From assembly GCF_018977255.1 (NCBI RefSeq), contig NW_024704742.1, positions 65,660,001 to 65,724,000 of the forward strand: 64,000 bases of DNA, read 5' to 3'. This DNA comes from Callorhinchus milii. Taxonomy: Eukaryota. Position numbers and translations under genes: made by a program. Positions 12,541 through 25,190 of this stretch are shown piece after piece (the first letter of the stretch is position 1; each line of letters opens with the position of its first letter). A model generated the notes under the pieces. That model did not search any database. It was not told the origin of the DNA and saw only the letters and a list, made by a program, of their open reading frames with translations.

Positions 12541-13730
12541 TAATAATCCTTACATTTTATATAGCGCCTTAGCACGTCACTGAGACGTCTCAAAGCGCTT
12601 CGTAGCATATGTTGTAAAGTGAATGGACTGCATATTTTGTGGGTGAAATGCGGCAGTCAATCGTGCACAGCAATGTCCCTCAAACAGTCATGGATTAAGT
12701 GACCAAATTATTTTTTTTTGAAGGGATTATACCCCCCAGAAAAGCGGTCCTCCAATTCATTAACAACTGGATTCCTGCATACTGCTAGGTAAACAGAGGC
12801 ATGTGGAGTATGGAAACTTACCCAATGTTCAATGTCCCTACGGTTTGGGCAGGGATGTCTTAAGTTTGACAGCCAATGAGTCAGGCAGTTGCTTTGGATG
12901 AAGAATAGGCAACATTGGATGGAGACACCTTAGAAAGCAATCATCTACAGTTTATATTGTAGAGTCCTGTAGCTCAGTGGTTAGAGCACTTGTCTCGCAA
13001 GCGAGAGACCTGAGTTCAATTCCCAGGCAGGGTGAAACATTATGCAACTTTCCTTATTCCACATGCCTCTGTTTACCTAGCAGTAAATAGGAACCTGGTT
13101 GTTACTTGTTTGTCGGATCGCTTTTCCAGGGGTAATAATTCCTTCAAAATAAATAAATAATTTGGTCACTGAATCCATGAATGTTTGTGGGACACTGCTG
13201 TGCACAACTGGCCGCCACAATTTACCCACAAAATAATAATGTCTATTTAAAGGTTATATTGTTTGAGCCTAAAAATACAGTCAGGGTAATTAACCATTCC
13301 TGCTAAACTTTAAGAGGTCTAACTAGATTTTCCCTTCTATCCCCTTTTTTCACAAAAACAACCCACTTCAAATGTTAAATCCCAGCCTTCAAATAATAAT
13401 AATCCTTACATTTGATAAAGCGCCTTATCACATCTTCGAAGTGTCTCAAAGCACTTCACAGAATATACTGTAAAGTGAATTGACTGTATATTTTGTGGGC
13501 GAAATGCGACAGCCAATTGCACACAGCAGTGTCCCACAAACAGTTGTGGATTGAAGTGACCAATTTATTATTATTATTATTTTTGAAGGAATTATTACCC
13601 CTAGAAAGAGATCTGCCAATCGACTAATCGGGTTATTGCTTATTGCTGGAGAAACAGAGGGGTGTGGAGTAAGGAAACTTGCCCAACATTTCACTCTGCC
13701 TGGGAATCAAACCCAGGTTCTCTCACAGAC
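12541..13730. mobile_element. Cluster of three family A SINEs: 12541-12830 (-), 12961-13235 (+), 13393-13725 (-)
   Basis: The 12961 copy has the best tRNA-like head: GTAGCTCAGTGGTTAGAGCA...GAGTTCAATTCC. Confidence 0.85.
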
Positions 13731-13894
13731 ACACTAAAATACACAGACAGTTTACAATTTAGTACATTATGTGAAGCGCTTTGAGACGTCTCAAAGACGT
13801 GGTAAGGCTCTATATCAAATACAAGGATTATTATTACTATTATATAAAAGGAAATCACTGGCTCAATCTTTCTCTCTCTACCACACAGCCTGTG

Positions 13895-14150
13895 AACAAC
13901 AGCAAATTACATTTGTATAGCGCTTTTCACATCGGGAGGACGTCCCAAGGCGCTGGACAGTCAGGGATTTGGACCTGAGCAGGGGGGGGTGGTGAAGGGC
14001 ACAGGGAGGGTAAGGGTAGGAGGATGATCGAAGGCGTAGTTGAAGAGGGGCGTCTTGAGACAGGCGTTGAAGGAGGCAAACTAGGGAGCAAGGCAAAGAG
14101 ACTGTGGGATAGAGTGCCAAAGGATGGGGCCAGAGAGGATGAAGGTTGTG
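13895..14150 (-). mobile_element. L2 3' end fragment
   Basis: Same tail as the other L2 copies (AGCGCTTTTCACATCGGGAGGACGTCCCAAGGCGCTGGAC). Confidence 0.7.
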
Positions 14151-16295
14151 AACCACAAGCATCTTCTAGAATGGCTTCAAGAAGAAGAAAAAAAACCACA
14201 TAAGTCTGAGAGCTGACCCCAAAGTGTCCTCTCGTGTTGCTCTTCAAGGCAGTGAGTGGTTGATGTACATTGGCGTCCCCCTTAAACATGGCATCGATTT
14301 GGGAGCGTGTGGAGGGAGGGGGGGGGGGGGGGGGGAGGAGAGAGAGACTGAACAAGGCTTCAGTGCAAAGCCTCGTTACGTGTCCCTTGTGCACAAAAGG
14401 ACATTCGCTGGAGGGTTTGCGAGAATGTGCAATGTTACGCTGTTTTCTCACACCATCAGTGGAAACTGCGTGTGTGTGTGCGTGTGTGTGTTTGTGTGTA
14501 GCAGCTCCAAACGACTGCAGTGCGGGGAGAGGGGGAGGGAAAGGAGGGAGGTGAGAAAGAGAGAGAGAGAGAGAAAGAAAGAAGTGTGCAGAGAGAGAGA
14601 GAGAGAGGTGTGCAATGCAGTGCAGAGCAGCCTGTGAATTTCACACCCTGGAATAAAAAGATACCCCCCCCCCCCCCCCACACACACACACAGACAAACA
14701 CCAGAGACACCGTTACCCTCAGAGAACCAAGTTACCTGGTATCTCAACTGCTTTCCCTCACCCTGAGGTCGATTCCCTTTTCACACCAAAGGCTCACACA
14801 TTGCACAACACAGCACAACACAGCACAACACAAGAGAGAGACTCCTGCAGACACTTGTCACAGAGCCACACATCTCTGTCCATCACTGTGAAGTTGCTCA
14901 GTGCCAACAAGCAGCAGCTGCTGAGAAAGCTGGCAGCAGGGTCTTGACTGAGACTCAGTGAGACCTACTACCATTTTGTGGATCAGGAAATGCAATTTTA
15001 ACCTCTGTACTGTACTTCACAAAATATGCATTCGTCTGCCGCGATGTAGTTTTTGTTTTTTAAAAAAAATGATAGTAAACTTCACAAAATACAGTCAATT
15101 CACTTCACGGTATAGTCTGTGAAGCGCTTCGATTTGAGACGACGCGATGTAAGACGCGATAAGGAGCTACGTCAAGGAGCAGGTGTTATTAATAATAAAA
15201 ATTCCGGGCAGGTGACGCGTTGGACACAAAGTTAAATGGGCTTGAAATGGTACAATTCAAATAGGAGAGGGGATTGGGGGGAGGGGGGGGATTTTGCCCA
15301 TAAAATATTCAGTCAATTTATTTTACAGTGCAGTCTGTGAAATGTTTTGAGCCGTCTTGATGATGTGGTATGGTGCTATATCAAATGCAAGGATTATTAT
15401 TATAATAATTTTCTTCAAGATAACTAATTATTTTTACACACTCTCTTAGACCTCAATAAATTGGAACTTCTCAACTAACCCTTTCCGTGCATGCACATCA
15501 GTCCATCCAATTTCTGTCTCTTGAAGGGATTTTATACATCCTACTCCCCCCCCCCACCCCCACCACCTCCAATAAAATTGGTTACTTGCTCCATGGCTGT
15601 CTGAGGACGTTGTGTGCAAACTGGCTGTCATATTTCGTTGTATGCAAACTGGCTGCCATAATACTCAACCAGTCCACCTTACAGTATATCCAATGAAACG
15701 CTTTGAGATGTCTCAATGATATGATGAGGCCCTATATCAAATGCAAGGATTATTATTATCACTCCATGAACCCCTAGTTAAATTAAGGGTTTTTTGTTTG
15801 GTCAGCCAGGTGTCTGACACATGCCCCAACGCATCACCTTGCTTATCCAAACCAGACTGAGAATTATACCTAAATGGATGCCACCCAGCAGTGGCGTAGT
15901 CATGGATGGGCCTGGGTAAACACTGCCTCAACCAATTAGCACCCAGGCTGTCTGTCATTTTCCGCGTTGCCTCATAACTCCTGGCACGTTCCTGCTCTCT
16001 TTCCATAGCACATCAGCTCGCCGGCCTTTGTCACCAGCTGTTGAAAGTCCCACCTTTCTGGCCCACTGATTGGTTTTGCTATGTGCGTGAACTGATACTC
16101 AGCGTCATACATCAATCTCCACACTCATGTCTCACACCGGCTCTCTTCCCCCTTAGCAGGAGATATGAGGCAGTGCGGAGAGTGATGGGAAGATGTAAGA
16201 AGAATTCTTCCAGCTAGAAAAGGAAACCTTTGTTTATTCAAAATACAAAATACTGCAGATGCTGGAAATCTGAAACAAAAGTTGCTGGGAACACT

Positions 16296-17799
16296 CAACA
16301 ACAACAACAACAACAACAAGATTCCATTTATAGAGCGCCTTTCACGTCAGGAGGACGTCCCAAGGCGCTGCACAGTTGGGTCATGACCCGAGCAGGGGGG
16401 AAATGGTCAGGGTGAGGGGAGGGAAGGGAGGGAGAGGAGGGGGGAAATGGTCAGGGTGAGGGGAGGGAAGGGAGGGAGCGAGGAGGAGGAAGAGAGTCGA
16501 GAGGGGAGCTGAAGGCACGGTCAAAGAGAAAGGTTTTGAGACCGGCCTTGAAGGAGGAAAGGGAGGAAGCGGCGAAGGCACTGGGGGATGGAGTTCCAGA
16601 GCCTGGGGGCTGAGAGGCTGAAGGCCCGACCACCGATGGTAGGGCGATTGGGGCGGGGGACGTGGAGCAGACCGGAGCCAGAGGAACGGAGGGTACGGGC
16701 AGGTAGGTAGGGGGATAGTAGGTTGGAGAGGTAGGAGGGAGCAAGGCCGTGAATGGCCTTGTAGGTGAGGATGAGGATCTTGAAATCAATCCTCTGGGGG
16801 ATGGGGAGCCAGTGGAGGCGAGCGAGGGTGGGAGTGATGTGATCGCGAAGCCTGGTGCGGGACAGTACACGAGCTGCAGAGTTCTGAATGACCTGCAGCT
16901 TGTGGAGGGAGGTGGCGGGAAGGCCGGCGAGGAGAGAGTTCCCATAGTCCAGCCTTGAGGTGACAAAGGCGTGAACCAGGGTTTCAGCAGCGTGAGGGGT
17001 GAGGTAGTGCCGTAGTCTGGCGATATTCCGGAGGTGATGGAAGGCGGTGCCAGTTGTGGTGCGGATGTGAGGGAGAAAGGACAGCTCAGGGTCGAACAAA
17101 ACGCCGAGGTTCCTGACTGGCTTTGAGAGGTGGAGAGTGCAGCCTTGGATGCTGATGGTGTCAGCGCCTGAGGTGCGGAGGCGCTGACGTGAGCCAATCA
17201 GGAGGGCCTCGGTTTTTCGCACGTTGAGCTGAAGAAAGTTGTCTCTCGTCCAGGACTCGATGTCGGACAGGCAGGCTGTCAGGACATCGGTGGTCGTGGA
17301 GTTGAGAGTAGAGGAGGAAAGGTAGAGTTGGGTGTCATCCGCATACATGTGGAAGTTAACCCCATGTTTGCGGATGATGTCACCAAGGGGGAGCATATAG
17401 AGGGTGAAGAGGAGGGGACCGAGGACAGAGCCCTGAGGGACACCACATGAGACAGTACGGGGGGTGGAGGAGAAGCCATTCGTTGAGACGAAGTGAAGAC
17501 GGTGGAAAGGTACGACCTAAACCATTCAAGGACAGTGCCTTGAAGGTTGAGGTGGGAGGACAAGCGGTGGAGTAGGATAGCGTGGTCGACCGTATCGAAT
17601 GCTGCCGATAGGTCGAGGAGGACGAGGAGACAGAGGGAGCCCTGGTCACAGATGGTCAGGATATCATTGGTGACCTTGACCAGGGCAGTTTCTGTGCTAT
17701 GAGCAGCACGGAAACCTGACTGAAGGGGTTCAAAAAGAGAATGGGTGGAAAGGAAAGAGCGCAGTTGGGAGGCGACAACTCTTTCCAAGACCTTGGAGA
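16296..17799 (-). mobile_element. L2-clade LINE, 5'-truncated, with RT domain and 3' UTR
   Basis: ORFs contain [45 protein letters not shown] and SRLDYGN, broken by one RT frameshift at about 17505. Ends in a stem-loop and a (TTG)n tail. Confidence 0.95.
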
Positions 17800-19519
17800 C
17801 TAACCTTTTAAGGACTAACAGAGCGGGGGGAGGCAGGGCAAGGAAGACAAAGGAGAAAATGGGGTAGAGAACAGAGGATAATGGGTTAAAGAGGTGTTAA
17901 TGATGCAAAACAAAGTGTGTGGGGGGGGGAGGGGGGGTTTGCAACAAAACAGGGGAAAAGATCCACAAAGTTTCACTTTCCTTTCTCCATAAATGCTGCC
18001 TAACCTTTGTTTATTGCCTGTCTACCCTTTGGTGCCCACCCAAACTTCCATTACTAGCTATGCCACCTACACATGGAAATTTCCCAGCCTCTGGAATGGA
18101 ATGTGCACTCTTTCCCTGCATTGTCGCATTCTGCTTACTTAATTCTGGAGAGTATTATGTGAAGGTTGGCAAGAGCCAAGCCTTGGGGAACCCAGACAGT
18201 TTGTTGGGGTTCTGCTGGAGTCTAACCAGCTAAAGCCGCATAGCTTGCCATTGATATTGCTGTCTGGCAAGCTTTCCTGCTGCTTGTCCAGCTAGGACTA
18301 TTCCTATCCGTTAGGGCTGTGGCTTGCAGGGTTAACAGGAGCTGAGTGGGAAGAGTCCCCCACCCAGAGTGACTGGTCTGCCCTTCCAAATACTGCTGTG
18401 GAGCCAGACTGGCTGTGCTGTCATCAGCAGTGCCCTGGAGAACTGCGGACCTGCCTGGCTCAGGTGTCAGATGACCAAGATTGTTGTAGAGAGTTGACAT
18501 GGTTCTGACATTCCTTTGGCATTTTGGAACCAGCTCAGCTCTCAAGGAACCAATTAGGGTCCCTCCATGAGGATAGTCATTAGGTGGTAGTTAAGGAAAC
18601 ATTCCACACCATTCATCTGCGTTTCTCTTACTGAAACTAGGGATAGAAATTCCACTGGATCTGGATTTTTTCTATTTTCTTCGCATTTCAGAATTTTGCA
18701 AATTCTTGAATACAGTCTTAATTTAGAAGCAGTTTTCTGCCAATTATTTTACTTGCACAAAATCAACTTCAAAGTTAACAATTTGCCCAATTCTGCATGT
18801 TAAAATAATAATAATAATCCTTGCATTTGATATAGCGCTTTCCACATCTTCTCGACATCTCATAGCGCTTCACAGAATAGACTGTAAAGTGAATTGACTG
18901 TATATTTGTGGGCGAAACGTTCTGAAATGTTAAGAAATTAGAATACATCTGGCAGTGATAGAATTTTTTCTCACTGGTCTGCTCTTTCCAGACAACAATT
19001 CCCCCACGCAGATGTCCGTTGAATAGTTAATGAGCAAACTTTGAGATGTTAGGACGACAGTTCCTGAAAGACATTACCTGGAGTCTGGGTTCATGAACAC
19101 ACTCATTTATCCAGGACTTAGTATCTACACTGATTTATGTGTAGAGAAGCAAGCAGATGCAGCTGAAGCTTCCAGCTTCTAACCAGTGGAACTATTGCTT
19201 CATTGGTAGGGATGAGTGTCCAAGGTGTGAGCAGGAGGACAGTGCCTATGCTCTCACACATTTCATGCAGAGTTTTGTTGCTTACCAGGAAGTCGGTACC
19301 TGCTGATCGAAGGCTTAACCCATGCTTGTCAAATAATCAATAGTAATAATAATAATCCTTGCATTTGATTTAGCACCTTATCACTGCATCAAGACAGAAT
19401 GTACTGTAAAGTAATTTGACTATATCTTTTGTGGGCAAAACACGGTAGCGAATTACGCACCAACAATCATGGATTGAGTGACCAAATTATTTTACTCCAG
19501 TAACTATCCTCTTTGTGGG

Positions 19520-19890
19520 GAGGAGAGTTAAGCAGAGTGTCCTTGCGGCTGAGAGAGTAGGAATGCAAGAGATCACAGAGATAGGGTGGGGCAAGGCAGT
19601 AGAGGAATTTGAAAGTATGGATGAGGATCTTGAAATCAATCTGCTGAGAGATGGGGAACCAGTGCAAGGGCAAAGGTGAGGGGAATGGGTCATGGAGCCT
19701 AGCCTGGGAGTGGATGAGGATGCAAAGTTCTGTATGATCTGGAGCTTGTGGTTGGTGGGACTGGGGAAGCCGTGAGGAGCGCATTAGAGAAGTTGAGTCT
19801 GGAGGTGTCAAAGGCATTGCTGGCTGTGTTGGGGTGAGGTAATGTTGGATATATGTAATTTTATGGAGGTGAAGGAAAACGGTCTTGGTC
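19520..19890 (-). mobile_element. Degraded L2 LINE fragment
   Basis: Translates as LHWFPISQQIDFKILI...LAPPYL. Confidence 0.75.
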
Positions 19891-20040
19891 AGAGTCCAGA
19901 TGAAGGGTTTGAAGTAGAGTTGTGGGTTAAAAACAAAGAGGTTCCCCCCATGAGGATAGTCATTAGGTGATAGTTAAGGATTCCACCCAGGCTCCATGAG
20001 TTGGGGTGAACAACCGGAGAGATTGATACATTCAGCTCCT

Positions 20041-20418
20041 GATAATAATCCTTGCATTTGATATAGCGCCTTATCATGTTGTTGAGATGTCTCAAAGTGC
20101 TTCACAGAATATACTGTAAAGTGAATTGACTGTGTATTTTGTGGGAGAAACGCGGCAGCCAATTTTGCACAGCAGTGTCCCATAAACAGTCATGGATTGA
20201 GTGACCAAATTATGATTATTTTTTGATGGGATTATTACCTTTGCTTACCTTCGTTAGTGATCCACTAATTGACTAACAACCGGGTTCCTACTTACTGCTA
20301 GGTAAACAGAGAAGTGTGGAGTAAGGAAACTTGCCTAAGGTTTTGTCCTACCCGGGAATCAAACCTAAGTCCTCTTGCTTGCGAGGCAAGTGCTTTGACC
20401 AATACTCTATAAGACTCC
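20041..20418 (-). mobile_element. Full-length SINE family A
   Basis: Reverse complement of the 21755-22132 pattern. Confidence 0.85.
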
Positions 20419-20454
20419 AATATAAGGAGGCTCTGGCAGGAGCCAAATTTGACA

Positions 20455-20975
20455 GCCTGTTTAGTCGACATTGAGTTGGAGAAAGTTGAGGCTAATCCAA
20501 TACTTAATATCGGCTTGACAGTCTGTTAGAACAGTAGTGGTCCTGGAATTGAGGGTGGTGGCAGAAATGTAGTCTTGGGTGTCACCTTCGAACATATAAA
20601 AGTGGATGCTATGCCTGCAGATAATATTCCCAAGGGGGTGTATGTCAATGATGAAAAAGAGAAGACCAATGGTGGAGGTCTGAAGAGCAGCGTATATGTC
20701 TGTGTATAGGACAGAAGGAGAAGCCATCAGAAGAGACAAAGTGAAAATGCTGGGACAGGTAATGAGTGAAACAAGGAAAGTGGATGTCAGTGGAAGTATA
20801 CCAGGGAGGAGAGATTGTGGAGAATAATGGAATGGTCAACAGTGTCAAAGGCATCAGGGAGATCAAGGAGGAAAAGGAGGCACAGGGAATCCTGGTCATC
20901 GATGTCATTTCATGGATCTCCAGACAGATAAAATCAAGCCCAATGTCTGTGAAGTATTTGCGACCAAGGTGAGAT
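20455..20975 (-). mobile_element. Degraded L2 RT fragment, probably continuing 19520-19890 across a SINE insertion
   Basis: PLGNIICRHSIHFYMFEGDTQ...NFLQLNVD is a decayed YADD region. Confidence 0.7.
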
Positions 20976-21754
20976 CGTTGACAAGACTAAGAATGTTAAG
21001 ATGGTACAGTATATTTCTATCATGGAAATGTATTCAGGAAAAACATTGTTCTGGTACACTCCTTGAAATGCAACAACCAGTTCTGAGAGAAACTGTCTGT
21101 ATAAGATGAAATCTTATTCAAGGCCGACAGACCCATCATTGCCAACCTTTTTAAACTATCTTAATGGTTTACTCACAGCTAAAAGGTACAGCAGAAACCT
21201 ACAATGCATAGAATACAATTAATCAGCGAGGTTAGGCACAATGATAATCCTTGGATCTGATATCCCACCCATGGTAATTGCTATAATGTGAAGTGACTGT
21301 TTGTGTTTGTAGTTGAACACGGTGGCCAATTTGGCACAGCAATATCTCTCAAACAGCCATAAAGTGGATGATTAATTTATCTGGGAGATTGTTGGCCAGG
21401 ACATTAAAAGAAACTCCCCTTTGTGTTTGAATAGTGCCATGGGATACTGTAAAGTGTATATACAATCAACTGTATATTTTGTGGGAAAAATCGTGGTTAA
21501 ACATAGTGCACCACATTTAACATCTCTCAAAGGAATGTCTGTACCAGAAAGTCATATGGGCAAAAAGATATTTATTTCTTATCCTACCTGAACGATTTGT
21601 CATATGAAAGCATCAGTTAAGCTGAGCTTGTGAATGGCATTTATTATCTGTTGACAACAGAATTAAAACCCTGGGATTTGATGTTTCCCTTCAATTGTAC
21701 TGAATTAGCTGCTAAATTATGAGTTTGGGAATAATTAACCTTCTGTAGCCGGAT

Positions 21755-22132
21755 GGAGTCCTGTAGTGTATTGGTTAGAGCGCTCGTCTCGCAAACAAGC
21801 AAGAAGACCTGGGTTCGATGCCTGGGCAGGGCGAAACATTGGGCAAGTTTCCCTACTCCACACTCCTCTGTTTACCTAGCAGTAAGTAGGAACCCAGTTG
21901 TTAGTCGATTGGTTTTCGCTTTTCCGGGTGTAATAATCCCTTCAAAAAAATAGTAATAATAATTTGGCCACTCAATCCATGACTGTTAGTGGGACATTGC
22001 TGTGTGCAATTGGCTGTTGCGTTTTGCCCTCAAAATATACAGTCAATTCACTTTACAGTTTATTCTGTGAAGCACTTTGAGACATCTTGAAGATGTGATA
22101 GGGCGCTATATCAAATGCAAAGATTATTATTA
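21755..22132 (+). mobile_element. Full-length tRNA-derived SINE, family A
   Basis: Head GGAGTCCTGTAGTGTATTGGTTAGAGCG...GGTTCGATGCC with A/B-box-like motifs. Body GGGCAAGTTTCCCTACTCCACAC. Tail GGCGCTATATCAAATGCAA.GATTATTAT. Confidence 0.85.
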
Positions 22133-22399
22133 ATATAGTTACTGTGTCTGACTAGAATCTGCTTTTTTTTTGTAATTCTGCACCATTTAGTTTTTCCCAC
22201 CTTCGGGTTGGTACACTCTCATTGCTTAAATTGATGGTCTATGACTGAGGTCGAATGAGCAATATTCTGATTGAAATTCTCACATTCACAGTGGAACAGA
22301 CAATTATAAAAATCCAATGAGATCAACTTGCAGTTTGATAGTCATCTTTACCAACCACTGCTTACACCCTCCTCTTCCCCTCTCTCCAAGAACTCAGGT

Positions 22400-22690
22400 G
22401 ATAATAATAATCCTTACATTTGATATAATGCTTATAACGATGTTGATGCGACTCAAAGCGCTTCGCAGAATATGTTGTAAAGTGAATTGACTGTATATTT
22501 TGGGGGCAAAACGTGGCATCCAGTTGCGCAAAGCAGTGTCCCACAAGTAGTCGTGGATTGAGTGACAAATTTATTTTTCTGGAGGGATTATTACCCCCGG
22601 AAAGCAATCGACTAATAAGCGGTTCCTACTTACTGCTGGGTAAACAGAGGGGTGTGGAGTGGAGTAAGGAGATGCCTAAAGTTTTGCCCT
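22400..22690 (-). mobile_element. SINE family A
   Basis: Shared body and tail. Confidence 0.8.
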
Positions 22691-23287
22691 GCTCTGTGAT
22701 CTCAGTGAGCTATACAGAATGAACTCTAGGAAACGAACATGTGTTAGTGAATTCATTCGCTGCCAAGCCTCTGGTATGGCACATTATCTTTGACCTTTTT
22801 AACCCATGGAGGTGGGGGTAATGGGGGTAGGGTGAAGAACCAGCAATGAATGCCCCAAATTCTCCCTGGCCTTAGCCAGTGCAACTACTTTCCCTTAAAA
22901 TTTAAGAATGTGTGGATTTGTTGAAAACGTTTACGATTCAGTCTTAATTTGGGAGCCAGTTTCTTCCTAAAAACTGCGGAGATGGAGGGCAAAGGGGAGT
23001 GGTGGTGGAAGATGACCGAAGCCGCGGCCAAAGAGGAAGATCTTTAATGCTCAGAGCAGCAAATGTTTATTTTCCCCCTCCCCCAGTTTTAATTTATCTC
23101 CTCAATTCTATCCTCCCTCCTCCACCCCCACCCCCCCACCCACCATGGTATACTTCTATCATTTATCATCAAACAATAATGTCTAATGATAGCCTACTAA
23201 GTGATAATAGGCTGGTCACCTATTTTCTCCAACCCCACTACTACTATATTGATGTCTGCTGACAGTTTAGGGTAAAATTATTATTAT

Positions 23288-23640
23288 GGAGTCCATTATC
23301 ATATTGGTTAGAGCACTTACCTTGCATATGTGAGGACTTGGGTTCGATTCCCGAACAGGTCAAAACTGTAGGCGAGTTTTGTTACTCCACACGCCTCTGT
23401 TTATCTAACAGTAAGTAGGAACCCAGTTGTTAGTCGATTGGCAGATTGCTTTCTGGGGATAATAAGCCCTTTTAAAAAGAATTGATCACTCAACCTATGA
23501 TTGTTTGTCACTGTCATGCACAATTGGCTGCCATATTTAGCCCACAGAAATATAAGTCAATTTACTTTACAGTATATTCTGTGAAGCGTTTTGAGACATC
23601 TCGATGACGCTATATCAAATGAAAGGATTATTACTATTAC
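23288..23640 (+). mobile_element. SINE family A
   Basis: Head with GGTTCGATTCCC B box, plus body and tail. Confidence 0.8.
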
Positions 23641-24489
23641 AATTAATAGGGCACGAGGTGAAGATGATATTGCTTGCCTTTGTTGGAGTTCATGAAGTCA
23701 TTTATTAGCCCAAGTACATAACCAGCATGAACTGTCTCTGAACCAGCAAGAGCCTGGCAGTGCTGTGAAGCAGAATGAAAGGACCCGCGAGGCTGGAGTG
23801 AAGCAGCAAAGTCCACTGTGAGCAAGAAGCATCATAACAAGATGCCTAAAGTTTTATGAAAAGCACCAATGGAAGCTGAAGGCAGTCACAAAGGCCAACT
23901 GAAACATATGGTGCTTATGATGATAGTACAGTCCTAAGATGAAATCAAGAATGTGTGTTGGGTGGGGCGGTGGGGTGGTTAGTTACTTACTATGTGGCTG
24001 AGCTGAAAAGCCATCCAGATTCTTGAGTTTCTGGTGAGCTCAAGGAGTCAGTGACTCGTGAATATTGAATGAGAAGCTGAAGGCTGAAATAAAGCAGACT
24101 GATATGCCTTTATGTATGTGTGGAAATTATAATATATAAATGGCTATAGAATAGCAAGCCTCAAATAATAATAATAGTAATAATTGTTGCATTTGATAGA
24201 TATATTTATATAATACAGTATATAATGTATATATATTTCCTAGCTAGGGTCCAAATTCCTGACTGTCCAGTGCCTTGGGACGTCCTCCTGACGTGAAAGG
24301 GACTATACAAATGTAATTTGTTGTTGCTTTGTTATTGTTGGTAAGTGCCTTGTCACATCATTGAGACGTCTCAAAGTGCTTCACAGAATATATTGTAAAG
24401 TGAATTGACTGTATATTTTGTGGCCGATACAGCAAAACACAATGATATCCCACGTATCCACACTATGTGGGATATCATTGTGGATATGA

Positions 24490-25190
24490 TATGAGGTTAT
24501 CTGCTCTTTCCCCATTCCCCTGTAGCTGACTCTTTTTAAAGTATTTGTCTAGTTCCCTCTTGAAGGCCAATATGAATTTTCCCTCAGCCATTGTTTCCGG
24601 CAGGTATTCCATATCCTAACTACTCTGCATGAAAAAATTACTCCTAACCTACCCATTTGCTCATTTATTAACCATCTTAAATTGTTGCCTTCGAGTTACT
24701 GAATCACTGATCAGTGGAAAGAATTTTTCCCTATTGAGTCTATTAAAATACCTCATAATTTCAAAGACCTCTATCAGGTCACCCGCAAACTTCTTTGTTT
24801 CAGTGGAAAAAGTCCCAGTTCCTTCAATCTCTGCTCATAGGCCAAACTACTCATCCTCTTCAGCCCATCCAATCTCATCCCACCCTAACATCCACCCATT
24901 CCCCCATCACAGCATAAAGTTGTTTTTTAAATGAGTCGAGTGTCCTGGCCTCTACCACTTTTCCTGATATTTCCCTTCCATTGATTCCCCTTTGAGTAAA
25001 GAAAAATAGCCTGGTGTTTGTCCTGAAATTGCCCTTTACATCTCAACCTGTGTCTTCTTATTCGACTGTCTTGTTGCATCCTAAAGTATTGATCTGGGTT
25101 TACTTTTTCAATCCTGTTTTTAAAATTGTACACCTCTATAAGGTCCTCTGAGTTCTCGTCTCCTAAGACTGATAAGTCGAGCTTGTCTAA
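24490..25190 (-). mobile_element. Two adjacent CR1-like LINE 3' fragments
   Basis: Minus-strand remnants of the CR1 ORF2 C-terminus (FF.QRV...W..LP..V.A-type motif); degraded. Confidence 0.55.

Noticed and set aside
12961..13035. tRNA-like sequence (possible Ala anticodon loop)
   Set aside because: It runs directly into the SINE body and recurs in degenerate form; a SINE head, not a tRNA gene.
16521..17788. Functional reverse transcriptase gene
   Set aside because: 5'-truncated and frameshifted L2 copy with no endonuclease domain.
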